From positions 1 through 42,599 of IMG/VR virus record IMGVR_UViG_3300027653_000023: DNA of 42,599 nucleotides. One strand, 5' to 3'. The translations under genes were made by a program, and so were the position numbers. Under the pieces are notes generated by a model. The model saw nothing but the letters and a program-made list of their open reading frames with translations, was not told the origin of the DNA and made no database searches. Positions within the stretch are counted from its first letter, which is position 1, and the number at the start of each line of letters is the position of its first letter. Shown here in pieces: positions 19,165 through 27,392 of the stretch. This DNA comes from a virus. Lineage: Duplodnaviria > Caudoviricetes.

Positions 19165-19521
19165 TTACCTCCTCGCCAGCGCCATCACATCGACACCACA
19201 TGCACGCGCCATGGCTGCGAGCGCCAGCACCGCTGCTTCCTCGGCCTGCCAGTGCTCCCAGTGCTTGCCGTCTGCCACGCCCCTGAGCGTCGGGCTCTCC
19301 GGTAGGCCGAGCCAGTGCGACAGCATAGCGTGCAACACCTCATGCTCGCGTGACATCGCGGCGGTGTCGCTGCCATAGCCCAGCGCCTCGGCCCTTGCGC
19401 GGTATTCGTCGTTGTCCTGCGGGCGGGCGTGGACCTCTGCGCCGCCGGGCAGCGTGGTGACTGCCAGGCCGCACGGGTGCATGTCGATCGTGGTGCGGCC
19501 GATGATGAGGCGCTCAGTCAT
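19165..19521 (-). CDS. Hypothetical protein with HExxH motif; first late gene
   Basis: Strong AGGAGG RBS; REHEVLHAMLSH motif followed by EE. Confidence 0.7.
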   Translation of the reverse strand: MTERLIIGRTTIDMHPCGLAVTTLPGGAEVHARPQDNDEYRARAEALGYGSDTAAMSREHEVLHAMLSHWLGLPESPTLRGVADGKHWEHWQAEEAAVLALAAMARACGVDVMALARR

Positions 19522-19717
19522 GCTGCTGCCTCCTGCGTTGGTATCCCGCCGGTCTCATGTGCAATGCCTCGCAGTGAGCGGGCTTGTGAATGTGTGTCGG
19601 CGGGATAGGGCAGGCGCGTGGCAGGTGCCGACTCCCATCAGTCCTGCCGGCCGTCTAGCGGCTCTCGCGCCCTTGTCTGCTGTCGGGGACGGCAGGCAGG
19701 GACGCGAGCCCGGAATC

Positions 19718-19754
19718 AAAAGCGCCCGCCGTCGCGAGACCCGGGCGCACTTTT
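19718..19754. terminator. Bidirectional terminator just downstream of the late promoter (tR'-like)
   Basis: AAAAGCGCCCG...CGGGCGCACTTTT; the stem is followed by a T-tract on both strands. Confidence 0.7.
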
Positions 19755-19768
19755 CAACCTTGGTGAAA

Positions 19769-19796
19769 AGGATACGATTTGCTGTCAGTAAGTCAA
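19769..19796 (-). promoter_or_regulatory. Late promoter (pR'-like)
   Basis: TTGACT-N16-TATCCT overlapping the stop codon of the upstream regulator and followed immediately by a terminator. Confidence 0.65.
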
Positions 19797-20407
19797 GCAC
19801 TTTTCCGCCTATCTTGTGGCAGACCCCAATATTCTGCGGCTCCGTCCAGACCCTCGCATAGGCGCCGCCAGCGTGCCCTATTCGGACAGCGCCGCCCGGT
19901 TGGCTGGTGCAGGCAGCACACCTCGACCATGACGGCAGCCGAGGCGGACGGGATCGAGCGCCCGAGCGCCTTCCACTCGGCCCATGCCCTAGCGGCATAC
20001 TCCGGCTCGCTCTCGCTGTGGCCGCGCGGCGACCAGTCTAGGCAGGAGCGCGGGCCGGGAGAGCCCATGACGATGCGGTAGAGCTCCTCGAACTTCTCGC
20101 CTGCATCCAGCTGGCGCGGTGTCAGCTTGCCGCTGGCATAGGCGTCGCGGAGCGGCGTGGAGCGCTCGTCTATGGCAACGCGGATGCCGGCATCTTCTCC
20201 GTCCACCAACCGATAGGAGCCCCGCCTGCGGCGCTCTGGCGTGGGCCGTGCGCGCCCTGGCTGATCAGCCCACTGCTCTGCGCGCTTGATGTGCGCTGTT
20301 CTTGGCCTTCTGCCCATTCTTGCCTCACTCGCTTCCTCAGGCGTGCCGTAGCGGCGCTGTGCGGGCCGCTGGGCGGCCTTCTCGGTAATTTGGCTCTCTG
20401 GCATCAT
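19793..20407 (-). CDS. Late transcription regulator / antiterminator (DUF6456-like)
   Basis: Start revised to ATG 20407, an ATGA overlap with thyX. Contains STPLRDAYASGKLTPRQLDAGEKFEELY...VEVCC...LCEGLDGAAEYWG and occupies the lambda Q position. Confidence 0.65.
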   Translation of the reverse strand: MMPESQITEKAAQRPAQRRYGTPEEASEARMGRRPRTAHIKRAEQWADQPGRARPTPERRRRGSYRLVDGEDAGIRVAIDERSTPLRDAYASGKLTPRQLDAGEKFEELYRIVMGSPGPRSCLDWSPRGHSESEPEYAARAWAEWKALGRSIPSASAAVMVEVCCLHQPTGRRCPNRARWRRLCEGLDGAAEYWGLPQDRRKSA

Positions 20408-21567
20408 GTCAGGGCCTCTTGGCTGTCTGCGGGCCGTTTCTGCGGCTCTGGCCACCCCAGCGCCTCGAAGGTCTGCGGGAAGTGCTCCGCGATGATCCCG
20501 CGCACATCGTCGGCAATGCGGACGATCTCGGACTGCGCGCCTTCCTCGATCGTTCGCGCCTGGCAGAAGTGGATGGCGGATCGCAGCGAGGCGGTAAAAT
20601 ACATCCGGGAGGGCGTGATGCCTTCGGGAAGGACTCCGCGGGCGACTTCCTTGGCGATGCCCAGGCGGAGCGCCATCTGGTAAGCGGACTCGGCGCGCAC
20701 CCAGACCTCGTGCTGCTCGCGGATCCACCACTGTTGCAGGTCCTCGCCCTCGCACGGGATGGATGCCTGGCGGTTGGTGGGATGCTGCATGCGGGCCTCC
20801 CGGTAGACCGGTTCGCCGAGCCGCGCCACGTCCGCATATCTTTGGCTGTTATGCGTCACGATGCCATTGGCGACGTAATTATGAGACTGGTGGTCGATCT
20901 CGAGGTCGTATGTTTCAGCCTCACCGGCGCATTCAATGGATTTTATTCGCCTGTAGACGCAGACTTCCTTAGAGCTGAAAAGGCGCGCCTGCGGCACTCC
21001 GTTTGTGGCTACAAAGTCAGTTTCCAGACAGAGGCTCCCAATCTCCTTGAACCCATCTCTGGTAAGAACCTTGTGCTCCTTGGTGGCGACAATCTTTTTT
21101 CCACCTTCTAGGGCCATTCTAACGACAGGTTTCCTCCCCGCCTTAAACACCTCCTTTATTGGCGCTGACGTCAGGCGACCGGACTCTTCATCAAAAACTC
21201 TGACCGTATTGCTCGCCACCCCCCAATACTGACGGGATGTGTACCTGCGGTAGAGATCTGATATTTTCACCTTTTTGCTCACGCCACTCGGCATGACCAT
21301 CGTCACGCGCGTGTCGCCCGATACGCAAAATTCCTGCGGTCGCATGGTCCAGTGGCGCAGCATCTGCCGGCCAATGTCGCGCGTCGTCTCGACCTCGATG
21401 CAGAGGTTGACCATTTCGAACGGGCTAAAATGTCGGTGCTCGATCATGTAGCGGATCAGGTGCGGCGCTGGCTTCCGGTCGCCGTCCGGGTTGCTGACGC
21501 GGGCAATGCGGACCAGCAGCTCCTCGGCATCTGGCGTGATCCAGACCAGGCTGGCTGTGTGGCTCAT
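20404..21567 (-). CDS. thyX: FAD-dependent thymidylate synthase ThyX, intein-containing precursor (387 aa; 227 aa spliced)
   Basis: IARVS, LIRYMIEHRHFSPFE, RQMLRHW-x7-S(QRY) after intein removal, GIAKEVARGVLP, SLRSAIHF, AQSEI. Confidence 0.93.
   Translation of the reverse strand: MSHTASLVWITPDAEELLVRIARVSNPDGDRKPAPHLIRYMIEHRHFSPFEMVNLCIEVETTRDIGRQMLRHWTMRPQEFCVSGDTRVTMVMPSGVSKKVKISDLYRRYTSRQYWGVASNTVRVFDEESGRLTSAPIKEVFKAGRKPVVRMALEGGKKIVATKEHKVLTRDGFKEIGSLCLETDFVATNGVPQARLFSSKEVCVYRRIKSIECAGEAETYDLEIDHQSHNYVANGIVTHNSQRYADVARLGEPVYREARMQHPTNRQASIPCEGEDLQQWWIREQHEVWVRAESAYQMALRLGIAKEVARGVLPEGITPSRMYFTASLRSAIHFCQARTIEEGAQSEIVRIADDVRGIIAEHFPQTFEALGWPEPQKRPADSQEALT
20848..21327 (-). mobile_element. 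Mini-intein, 160 aa, no homing endonuclease, in ThyX
   Basis: Block A CVSGDTRV, block B ATKEHKVLT, blocks F/G ETYDLEI...HNYVANGIVTHN, +1 Ser. Removing it restores QEF-SQRY. Lower GC than the exteins. Confidence 0.95.
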
Positions 21568-21767
21568 TCTACGGCCTCCTTCTGTGCTGCCCCTGATGCC
21601 GCCATGAACGCATGCGCCAGCCAGACGCGGGCATAGCGGCCCCGGATGCGCTCGAGCGTGGCAGGGCCGTGCTCGCCGTCTGCGAGGGGGCGGGCGGAGA
21701 GCTTGCCGTCAGGGCGCTCGGCGATGATGAAAACTGGCATGCGGAGCGGCCGATTAATCTCGATCAC
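21564..21767 (-). CDS. Hypothetical protein
   Basis: 67 aa, overlaps both neighbours, codirectional. Confidence 0.55.
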   Translation of the reverse strand: MIEINRPLRMPVFIIAERPDGKLSARPLADGEHGPATLERIRGRYARVWLAHAFMAASGAAQKEAVE

Positions 21768-22014
21768 CTATCCACTCCCGGAGGTGCTCGTCGTTCTCGA
21801 AAAACTCCCACCCGCCCTTGGCTCGGTTTTGATCGACCATCTGGCTGATGTGGAAAATTGCGGATGTGTTTGGGAGGCCCATGAACGCGTCAAAGAATTG
21901 GACGAGGTAATATCCACCTGACAGGTCGTGCCGCACGACACCCTGCCTGCTCCAAGCAGAGTTATACCCGAAAATTACAAAGCATTTCCCTACAAGGCTG
22001 TTTCGCGCTGTCAT
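21754..22014 (-). CDS. Hypothetical protein, 86 aa
   Basis: AGGAGG RBS before ATG 22014 (MTARNSLVGKCF...); lower GC. Confidence 0.65.
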   Translation of the reverse strand: MTARNSLVGKCFVIFGYNSAWSRQGVVRHDLSGGYYLVQFFDAFMGLPNTSAIFHISQMVDQNRAKGGWEFFENDEHLREWIGDRD

Positions 22015-22082
22015 TTCAAACCTCCTTTGAGTGTGGATGCACTGTGGTGCGGACGCGCCACCACGAGGCACAAACCCTCCAC

Positions 22083-22194
22083 ACCACACTCACCACCCCC
22101 CCCCTATAGGGGGGGGTGGGGTGAGACTGTGGTATGAAAGCGAGGGTTCCACAGTCCGTGGAAGTCGACTGTGGAAGACTGTGGAGACTGTGGA
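22083..22194. repeat. Candidate replication origin: C8-TATA-G8 palindrome plus GACTGTGGA iteron-like repeats
   Basis: Perfect 20-bp palindrome at 22097-22116. GACTGTGGA at 22167, 22177 and 22186, an inverted copy at 22148-22156 and GACTGTGG at 22125. Directly downstream of the primase-helicase gene. Confidence 0.65.
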
Positions 22195-22205
22195 GGATCA
22201 TCTTT

Positions 22206-24320
22206 CTAATCCTCCGAAAGTTGGTTTGTGCCGGGGCGGATAACCCTCACATCTCGGCCCGCCCGCTTATCCCTCGTGGTCGAGATCGTAAGAACCTCGC
22301 TCTCGACCCATGCGGAGATCATGCTATTGATGCGGTTCCGGTCCGCCTTGCTGGACGCATCCATCCCAAGCTGGCTGGCAACGATCAGCCCAGCCCAATC
22401 ATTGCTGCGCATGTCCGCGCGCGGAGGCTCATCGTGGCGTGAGGCAATAGCTCGCTGGACACGGACCGCATCGGCTCGGGTGACGCCGTCGAATGCATCC
22501 GGCCATCCCCACGGGCGGATTGCGCCTATGTGCTCTCCGTTGGGTGTTTGGATAGATACCTTCTCGAACCATCGGTTCACGTCTGCCGAAGGCGGCGCCA
22601 GGTTGCTCTCCATGTCGCCGATACGAAGGAACCAGCGGTGGTTATCGACATCAGCTTTTTCCGCTTCGTCCTCGGTCATAGGAACAAGGATGCGGTTGAA
22701 GCGCGACGTGCCTCGCAGTGCGCCCCCGCCTCTTGCATCATCAATGCTTTGGGTTTGGACGCCCGGCGCCATCTTCCGTGTGTGATGCACGATGCCGATA
22801 GAGATGCGCGTTTGCGAAGCCATGCGGCGCAGGCGGCGCCCGAGGCGGCGAAACACATCATTGGTCTCAGGCGCGTCGGTCAGGTCTTGAAGTGGATCGA
22901 GGATTAGAACGTCAATCTCATTCTCCACCAAGAAGGCTTCTATGGCGCTGAAGAGGGTTTCGTTTATCTCCCCGTCATCTCCCCCTGAGAGGTGGAACCC
23001 TTCCCACTCGATCCCTGACTGGGGGAATAGCCACCCCTCAATTTCTGATTGGTCAATGTCGTAATGCTCTAGGAGGGCTGCAATCCGCCCGTCGAGCACA
23101 CCTTGGTCGTCTTCGGCGTTGTAGTAGACGACGCGAAGCTTATCGGCTTCTTTCCCGGAGATAATGCCCCGGCCAGTTGCCATATCAACGGCCTCTGCCA
23201 AGGCCAGCATTGACTTCCCGACCTTGGGGGCTGCTACGGTAAGCGAGGTGTATCCGCGCGCGTAGAAATCAGAGTAGACGAACTGCGTCCGCGGGATCTG
23301 GCTCAGGTCGATGCGAGTCCATGGCCTGAACTTGACTGCCTTGATGGCTGACCTTTCGTCACCCGCCCTCATCGCCCTTATCAGCGCGCCCAGGTCTTCA
23401 TCTTCGGCATCTGCCGCATCCCATTTCTCGGGGCGGCTGGCTGGCACATTGAGGATCGTGACGCTGGCTGCGCCGGCCTCGGCCTCAAGATAGTCCTTGA
23501 GCCGGTCGGCATACGCCCTGCCGGCATCGTCATTGTCCGGCCAGATCACCACCATGCGCCCGCGCATTACGGACCAGTCGGTTTTCTCGATCGGCGCTGA
23601 CGCGCCGCCCATGGCCGTTGTGGCGTCGATGTTCTGCGCGATCAGCGCGTCAGCCGCCTTCTCGCCCTCCACGATGACGATCTCGGGCGCGCTGGTGATA
23701 TTAGGCAGATTGTAGAGGGGGCGCATCTCAGGCGCCCTGTGGCGCCGTGTGGTGACGTCCCATGGCCGGAACGCCTTCTCGCGCTTGCCGTCCTTCTCCC
23801 ACTCAAAGCGATCCACCTCCGCGATGACAGAGCCATTGGCGTCGGTGTAGCGATAGGTGGCGGCAGGCACCCCCCAGGCATCACCACCTGATGGCTGGCG
23901 CCGCTTGGGCATTCGCCTTGGTGTTGTCGATGCAGCGCCGCTGTAGAGCGCGGCATCCTTGATCGTCTCGCGGAAGGAGGGCAGGCCTCGCGCGGCCTGC
24001 CACAGGTCGAATATGTCGCCACCATCGCCTGTGGCGAAGTCGTGCCATAGACCGGCGCGCTCGCCCCTCAGGACAACGTTCAGGCTTTCGCCGGGGTCGC
24101 CATTGACGTTGCCGATATAGAAGGTGCGCCCCTTCGGCTCGGTGAACCCGTGCGGGTAGAGATAGCCGAGCACGCTTTCAAGCTGCCCGATCAGGGATGC
24201 CCTGACCTCATCGCGGTCATAGCTTTCCTGACGCTCCCATGGCGGGCTTGGGGCTGCTTGGCTCTGGGCCAGCCCTTGTGGCGCGGCGCTGTTGAAATCG
24301 AGCCATGCGACATCACTCAT
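22206..24320 (-). CDS. Primase-helicase fusion (TOPRIM plus RepA/AAA_25 helicase)
   Basis: GLWHDFATGDGGDIFDL; TOPRIM IVIVEGEKAADAL and IWPDNDDAG; Walker A AAPKVGKS, Walker B VLILDP, IVHHTRK, DARGGGAL. Confidence 0.9.
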   Translation of the reverse strand: MSDVAWLDFNSAAPQGLAQSQAAPSPPWERQESYDRDEVRASLIGQLESVLGYLYPHGFTEPKGRTFYIGNVNGDPGESLNVVLRGERAGLWHDFATGDGGDIFDLWQAARGLPSFRETIKDAALYSGAASTTPRRMPKRRQPSGGDAWGVPAATYRYTDANGSVIAEVDRFEWEKDGKREKAFRPWDVTTRRHRAPEMRPLYNLPNITSAPEIVIVEGEKAADALIAQNIDATTAMGGASAPIEKTDWSVMRGRMVVIWPDNDDAGRAYADRLKDYLEAEAGAASVTILNVPASRPEKWDAADAEDEDLGALIRAMRAGDERSAIKAVKFRPWTRIDLSQIPRTQFVYSDFYARGYTSLTVAAPKVGKSMLALAEAVDMATGRGIISGKEADKLRVVYYNAEDDQGVLDGRIAALLEHYDIDQSEIEGWLFPQSGIEWEGFHLSGGDDGEINETLFSAIEAFLVENEIDVLILDPLQDLTDAPETNDVFRRLGRRLRRMASQTRISIGIVHHTRKMAPGVQTQSIDDARGGGALRGTSRFNRILVPMTEDEAEKADVDNHRWFLRIGDMESNLAPPSADVNRWFEKVSIQTPNGEHIGAIRPWGWPDAFDGVTRADAVRVQRAIASRHDEPPRADMRSNDWAGLIVASQLGMDASSKADRNRINSMISAWVESEVLTISTTRDKRAGRDVRVIRPGTNQLSED

Positions 24321-25044
24321 CCCAGCACACCTCCTGGAATGGGCAGAACCGGCAGGCGAAACTGTCGCGCTCGGCAGCGATCCGGGGCAGGGTTTCGCCG
24401 TGGTCGCAGGCGGTCAGAATGCGCGCGGCCTTGTCGATGCTCTCCTGTGCAAGCTGCTGGTTGAACGGCACCAGCTCGCAGTGGATCGCCATGTCGTTCG
24501 CGTTCAGGGCGACGAAGAAAGCGGGGTTTTCTGCTAGCTGCCCATAGGCTTGATAGATCGCGACCTGCGCGGCGTAGTGCGGATACGCCTTGGCAACCCC
24601 ATGGCGGGATAGCTGCCGCCAGCCCTTGTCGCCAAGGCACTTGGCCTCGAACAGCGCCGGGTATTTGAACCCGTCAGGGCCACCGACAATGACGCCGTCG
24701 AAATGGCCCCTGAAGCGGCCGTCGCAGTCTTCAAACCCGAACTGGCGGCCATCCTTGCCGCGCGTTCGCAGGTCAAATCCGGCATCCCGCATCCAGCCGA
24801 TCATCCATTCTTCGGACTCATGACCGCGTCGGAAGATGCGCCGGACGCGGGGCGAGAAGCCCGCCCCTTCGTCCTTTGGCGCCCCGAGGTACTCATATTG
24901 CAGCCGGCGCGCGCAGGGCTCGCCGATGGCAGAGCCGCCGAGGTAATCCCGGCGGCGTTCATTGTTGGCGTTGCGGTCTATGGCGCCGTCAATCAGCGCA
25001 ACGAAGCGCTCGCCGAGGATGCTTTTGGGGTTAAAATCCAGCAC
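24313..25044 (-). CDS. Cas4-like PD-(D/E)XK exonuclease
   Basis: YLGGSAIGEPCARRL, GHFDG, LFEAK, QVAIYQ, C-terminal CRFCPFQEVC Fe-S cysteines. Confidence 0.88.
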   Translation of the reverse strand: MLDFNPKSILGERFVALIDGAIDRNANNERRRDYLGGSAIGEPCARRLQYEYLGAPKDEGAGFSPRVRRIFRRGHESEEWMIGWMRDAGFDLRTRGKDGRQFGFEDCDGRFRGHFDGVIVGGPDGFKYPALFEAKCLGDKGWRQLSRHGVAKAYPHYAAQVAIYQAYGQLAENPAFFVALNANDMAIHCELVPFNQQLAQESIDKAARILTACDHGETLPRIAAERDSFACRFCPFQEVCWDE

Positions 25045-25055
25045 TCCCGCACCCC

Positions 25056-25268
25056 CTAGAACGGAATCTGATCGGCGAACGCATCGCCGACTTGCCGCCG
25101 TAGGGACGCCTGCACGCCTTCCTGCGCGACACGGATCAGCCCACAGATTTCATCTCGGGTGAAGCTTTCGAATGCGTCGACCTTGCCGATCGATGCGAGG
25201 TATTCAGCGACAGGTGCGCGGGCATCGAGGATCGCCTGCACCTTTTCTTCTTGTGATGGAATTCTCAT
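25056..25268 (-). CDS. Small replication-module protein (DUF6511-like)
   Basis: MRIPSQEEKVQAI...VAEYLASIG...FTRDEICGLI...DQIPF; the usual neighbour of the Cas4-like gene. Confidence 0.6.
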   Translation of the reverse strand: MRIPSQEEKVQAILDARAPVAEYLASIGKVDAFESFTRDEICGLIRVAQEGVQASLRRQVGDAFADQIPF

Positions 25269-25287
25269 CAATCTGCTCCCTTGACGT

Positions 25288-25563
25288 TCATCCGGCGAAC
25301 AGAAGCTCGTCCATGATCTCGTCATTTCCGGCGGCGGCCATCTCGGCACGCTCCAGAACCCAGCCCGTAATGGCTGCGCTCGCTAGTCTCCGCAGATCGT
25401 CCCTGTTCAAGCTCCCGAGCGGGCGGGTATGGTCCCACTCGCTCAAGGCCCCCTCGATCATGCATTGCACCGCTCGATCGAGGGCTTGGGCGTCTGCCTG
25501 GTCGGCAGGGGAAGGGGGTTGCTTTCGCACCCCCTTCCGGCTGGCCTGCTTCAGTCGAGCCAT
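25288..25563 (-). CDS. Hypothetical protein
   Basis: 91 aa, codirectional, overlaps the upstream stop. Confidence 0.6.
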   Translation of the reverse strand: MARLKQASRKGVRKQPPSPADQADAQALDRAVQCMIEGALSEWDHTRPLGSLNRDDLRRLASAAITGWVLERAEMAAAGNDEIMDELLFAG

Positions 25564-26162
25564 GCCGGCTTGCTCGCCGAGGACGCGCTTGCAGCGGCTG
25601 CCTGCGCAGGGTGGCTGGCAGGCGCCGGCGCGCTCCCGCTGCCACCCATCAGCGCGGCATACTCCTTGTGCTCGACGCCGATGGCGTTCTGGATGACATT
25701 GCGGTCGTCCTTGTAGCCGGCAGCAATCTGTTGCTCGCTCGGCTTCTGCACCTCGACAATCGCGCAGAATTCCAGCCCGTTCAGATCGCCAAGACCGCTG
25801 ATCTGGCGCGCCTGCATGGCCCTGTCGGACGCATCATCGGCCTTCACGCCGCGCGCGCTTTCCAACGCCGCCCGGATGAAGGTGCGGCCCATATTCCCCC
25901 AGCGAGGGCCCTTCGGGCTGTAGAGGCCGATATTCGAGAACACTTTCCGCTTGTTGTAGCGGCCGCCGATGACCGTGAACTCGGCGCTCAGGTAGACCGC
26001 ACCGGTGGCGTCGGACCGGGTCGCCCAGCCATCTGTCCAGCCTTGCGCGGGGTCGTCATAACCGCCCGGCCGGATCTTCATGTGCACCTTCACCGGCGTC
26101 CGGTGCGGGATCACATCGAAGGATTGCTGCTCTTCAGCGGTGTTGAAATCCATCCAGCTCAT
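25551..26162 (-). CDS. Putative single-stranded DNA-binding protein
   Basis: WMDFNTAEEQ...AVYLSAEFTVIGGRYNKRKVF...DLNGLEF, Ala/Pro-rich tail ending KPAWLD; adjacent to the Sak4-like ATPase. Confidence 0.7.
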   Translation of the reverse strand: MSWMDFNTAEEQQSFDVIPHRTPVKVHMKIRPGGYDDPAQGWTDGWATRSDATGAVYLSAEFTVIGGRYNKRKVFSNIGLYSPKGPRWGNMGRTFIRAALESARGVKADDASDRAMQARQISGLGDLNGLEFCAIVEVQKPSEQQIAAGYKDDRNVIQNAIGVEHKEYAALMGGSGSAPAPASHPAQAAAASASSASKPAWLD

Positions 26163-26176
26163 TGCCTTTGCTCCTT

Positions 26177-26449
26177 TCAGGCTGTGGTCGGGTCTTGAAG
26201 TTCCTCGATGCGGACAACGGTGCTTTCCGTTTCCACGTCGAAGGCTGACAGGCTGCCAAGCTCCGCTTCGGCGGCCTTGCGATCGAAGCGCCGGTTTGTG
26301 CGCTTCGTGACCGAGGCCACGGCAAAGTTGCCATGGGCCTCGAATTCTCCGGAGGCGATCCCGGCCTTCAGGTGCGCCTCGCGCTCCTGCATCTCCTTGA
26401 TCCGGTGGCGGATCATCAGAAGTTCATCCGCGGGCTTCATGTTCATCAT
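26177..26449 (-). CDS. Hypothetical protein
   Basis: 90 aa with a coiled-coil N-terminus; ATGA overlap with the upstream gene. Confidence 0.65.
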   Translation of the reverse strand: MMNMKPADELLMIRHRIKEMQEREAHLKAGIASGEFEAHGNFAVASVTKRTNRRFDRKAAEAELGSLSAFDVETESTVVRIEELQDPTTA

Positions 26450-27294
26450 GCCGCTTCCTCATCGCTCTGCGACGGGATCTCGGTGACATGCGCGTCGCGG
26501 CGGGCGCCGGACCGGATCTTGTCGAACAGCCTCCCGAGATGCGGCTCCTCGACCTGCTCGAGCCGGCCCGAACGATCCTTGGCCGGGTAGCGCCATGGGT
26601 TCGGTCCGGTGCAGATCAGCGCGCGATATTGCTGCCCCTCATCTGTCGAGAGGGTTTGCATTGTGATGACCTGATCGACGATGCCGGGCAGCTCGCGGCC
26701 GACCTTGGAGCCCTCGATCTGAGGCACCCAGTTCTTGCGGCCGTAATCATCCTCGCGCTCATCAAGGATGCCGACGAAGATGATGTTCCGATCGCGGGCG
26801 TGCTGCAGGTGGCCGAGCCATGCGAGCATCTCACGCCCGTGCAGCCCATAGGCGCCGCGCGTGTCAGGCTTGCCGGTTTTCTCGGAGAATGCATCGGGCT
26901 GGCCTGATGCCCACTGAAAGCAGAGCCGCCCTGCAACCGTGATGCTGTCGATGAAGATCGTGTGATAGGGCTTCAGCGCTTCCGCCGCGCCATCCTTGTT
27001 GACGTGATCGAAATGCGCCTGGCTGTAGGGCTGATCCTCGCGGAGTGCCGGGTTCGGCCCGCCGATCAGGGCAGCGAGATTGCGGCAATCCTCCCATGTG
27101 CGGGGGCGAATGCTGTCACCCTCCCAGCCCTCGACGGCGAGGTCTCCGGCTTCTAAATCGAAAAAGAGGACGCCGTCTTTTGGCAGGGTTTTCAGCAAGG
27201 TTGTCTTGCCAACACCGCTTGGGCCAAAGATCGCGGCCTTGATGCCGCCTCGCTCCTGCATCCTGTCGGATGCCTTGATGATCTTGAAGGCCAT
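26446..27294 (-). CDS. Sak4-like AAA_24 ATPase / ssDNA annealing protein
   Basis: Start revised to MAFKII. Walker A GPSGVGKT, FFDLEAG, Walker B IFIDSIT, ELPGIVD, AKDRSGRL...EEPHLG. Confidence 0.88.
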   Translation of the reverse strand: MAFKIIKASDRMQERGGIKAAIFGPSGVGKTTLLKTLPKDGVLFFDLEAGDLAVEGWEGDSIRPRTWEDCRNLAALIGGPNPALREDQPYSQAHFDHVNKDGAAEALKPYHTIFIDSITVAGRLCFQWASGQPDAFSEKTGKPDTRGAYGLHGREMLAWLGHLQHARDRNIIFVGILDEREDDYGRKNWVPQIEGSKVGRELPGIVDQVITMQTLSTDEGQQYRALICTGPNPWRYPAKDRSGRLEQVEEPHLGRLFDKIRSGARRDAHVTEIPSQSDEEAA

Positions 27295-27392
27295 TATCTG
27301 CTCCACCTGGCTTCTGCTCCACTTGGCTTCTTCAGGGTGAGGCGGGGGCAGCCTGTGTGGAGCACTTCCGAACCCCCGCCTCTGTTCTTCAT
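27294..27392 (-). CDS. 32-aa leader/coupling ORF overlapping an RNA hairpin
   Basis: ATGA overlap with the upstream stop and TAATG overlap with the Sak4-like start; MKNRGGGSEVLHTGCPRLTLKKPSGAEARWSR. Confidence 0.35.
   Translation of the reverse strand: MKNRGGGSEVLHTGCPRLTLKKPSGAEARWSR

Noticed and set aside
22125-22194. Short repeats as a mini CRISPR array
   Set aside because: The units are 9 bp and nearly abutting, with no spacers; they fit iterons better.
24313-25044. Cas4-like gene as evidence of a CRISPR-Cas system
   Set aside because: No repeat-spacer array or other cas genes were seen; stand-alone Cas4-like nucleases are common in phage replication modules.
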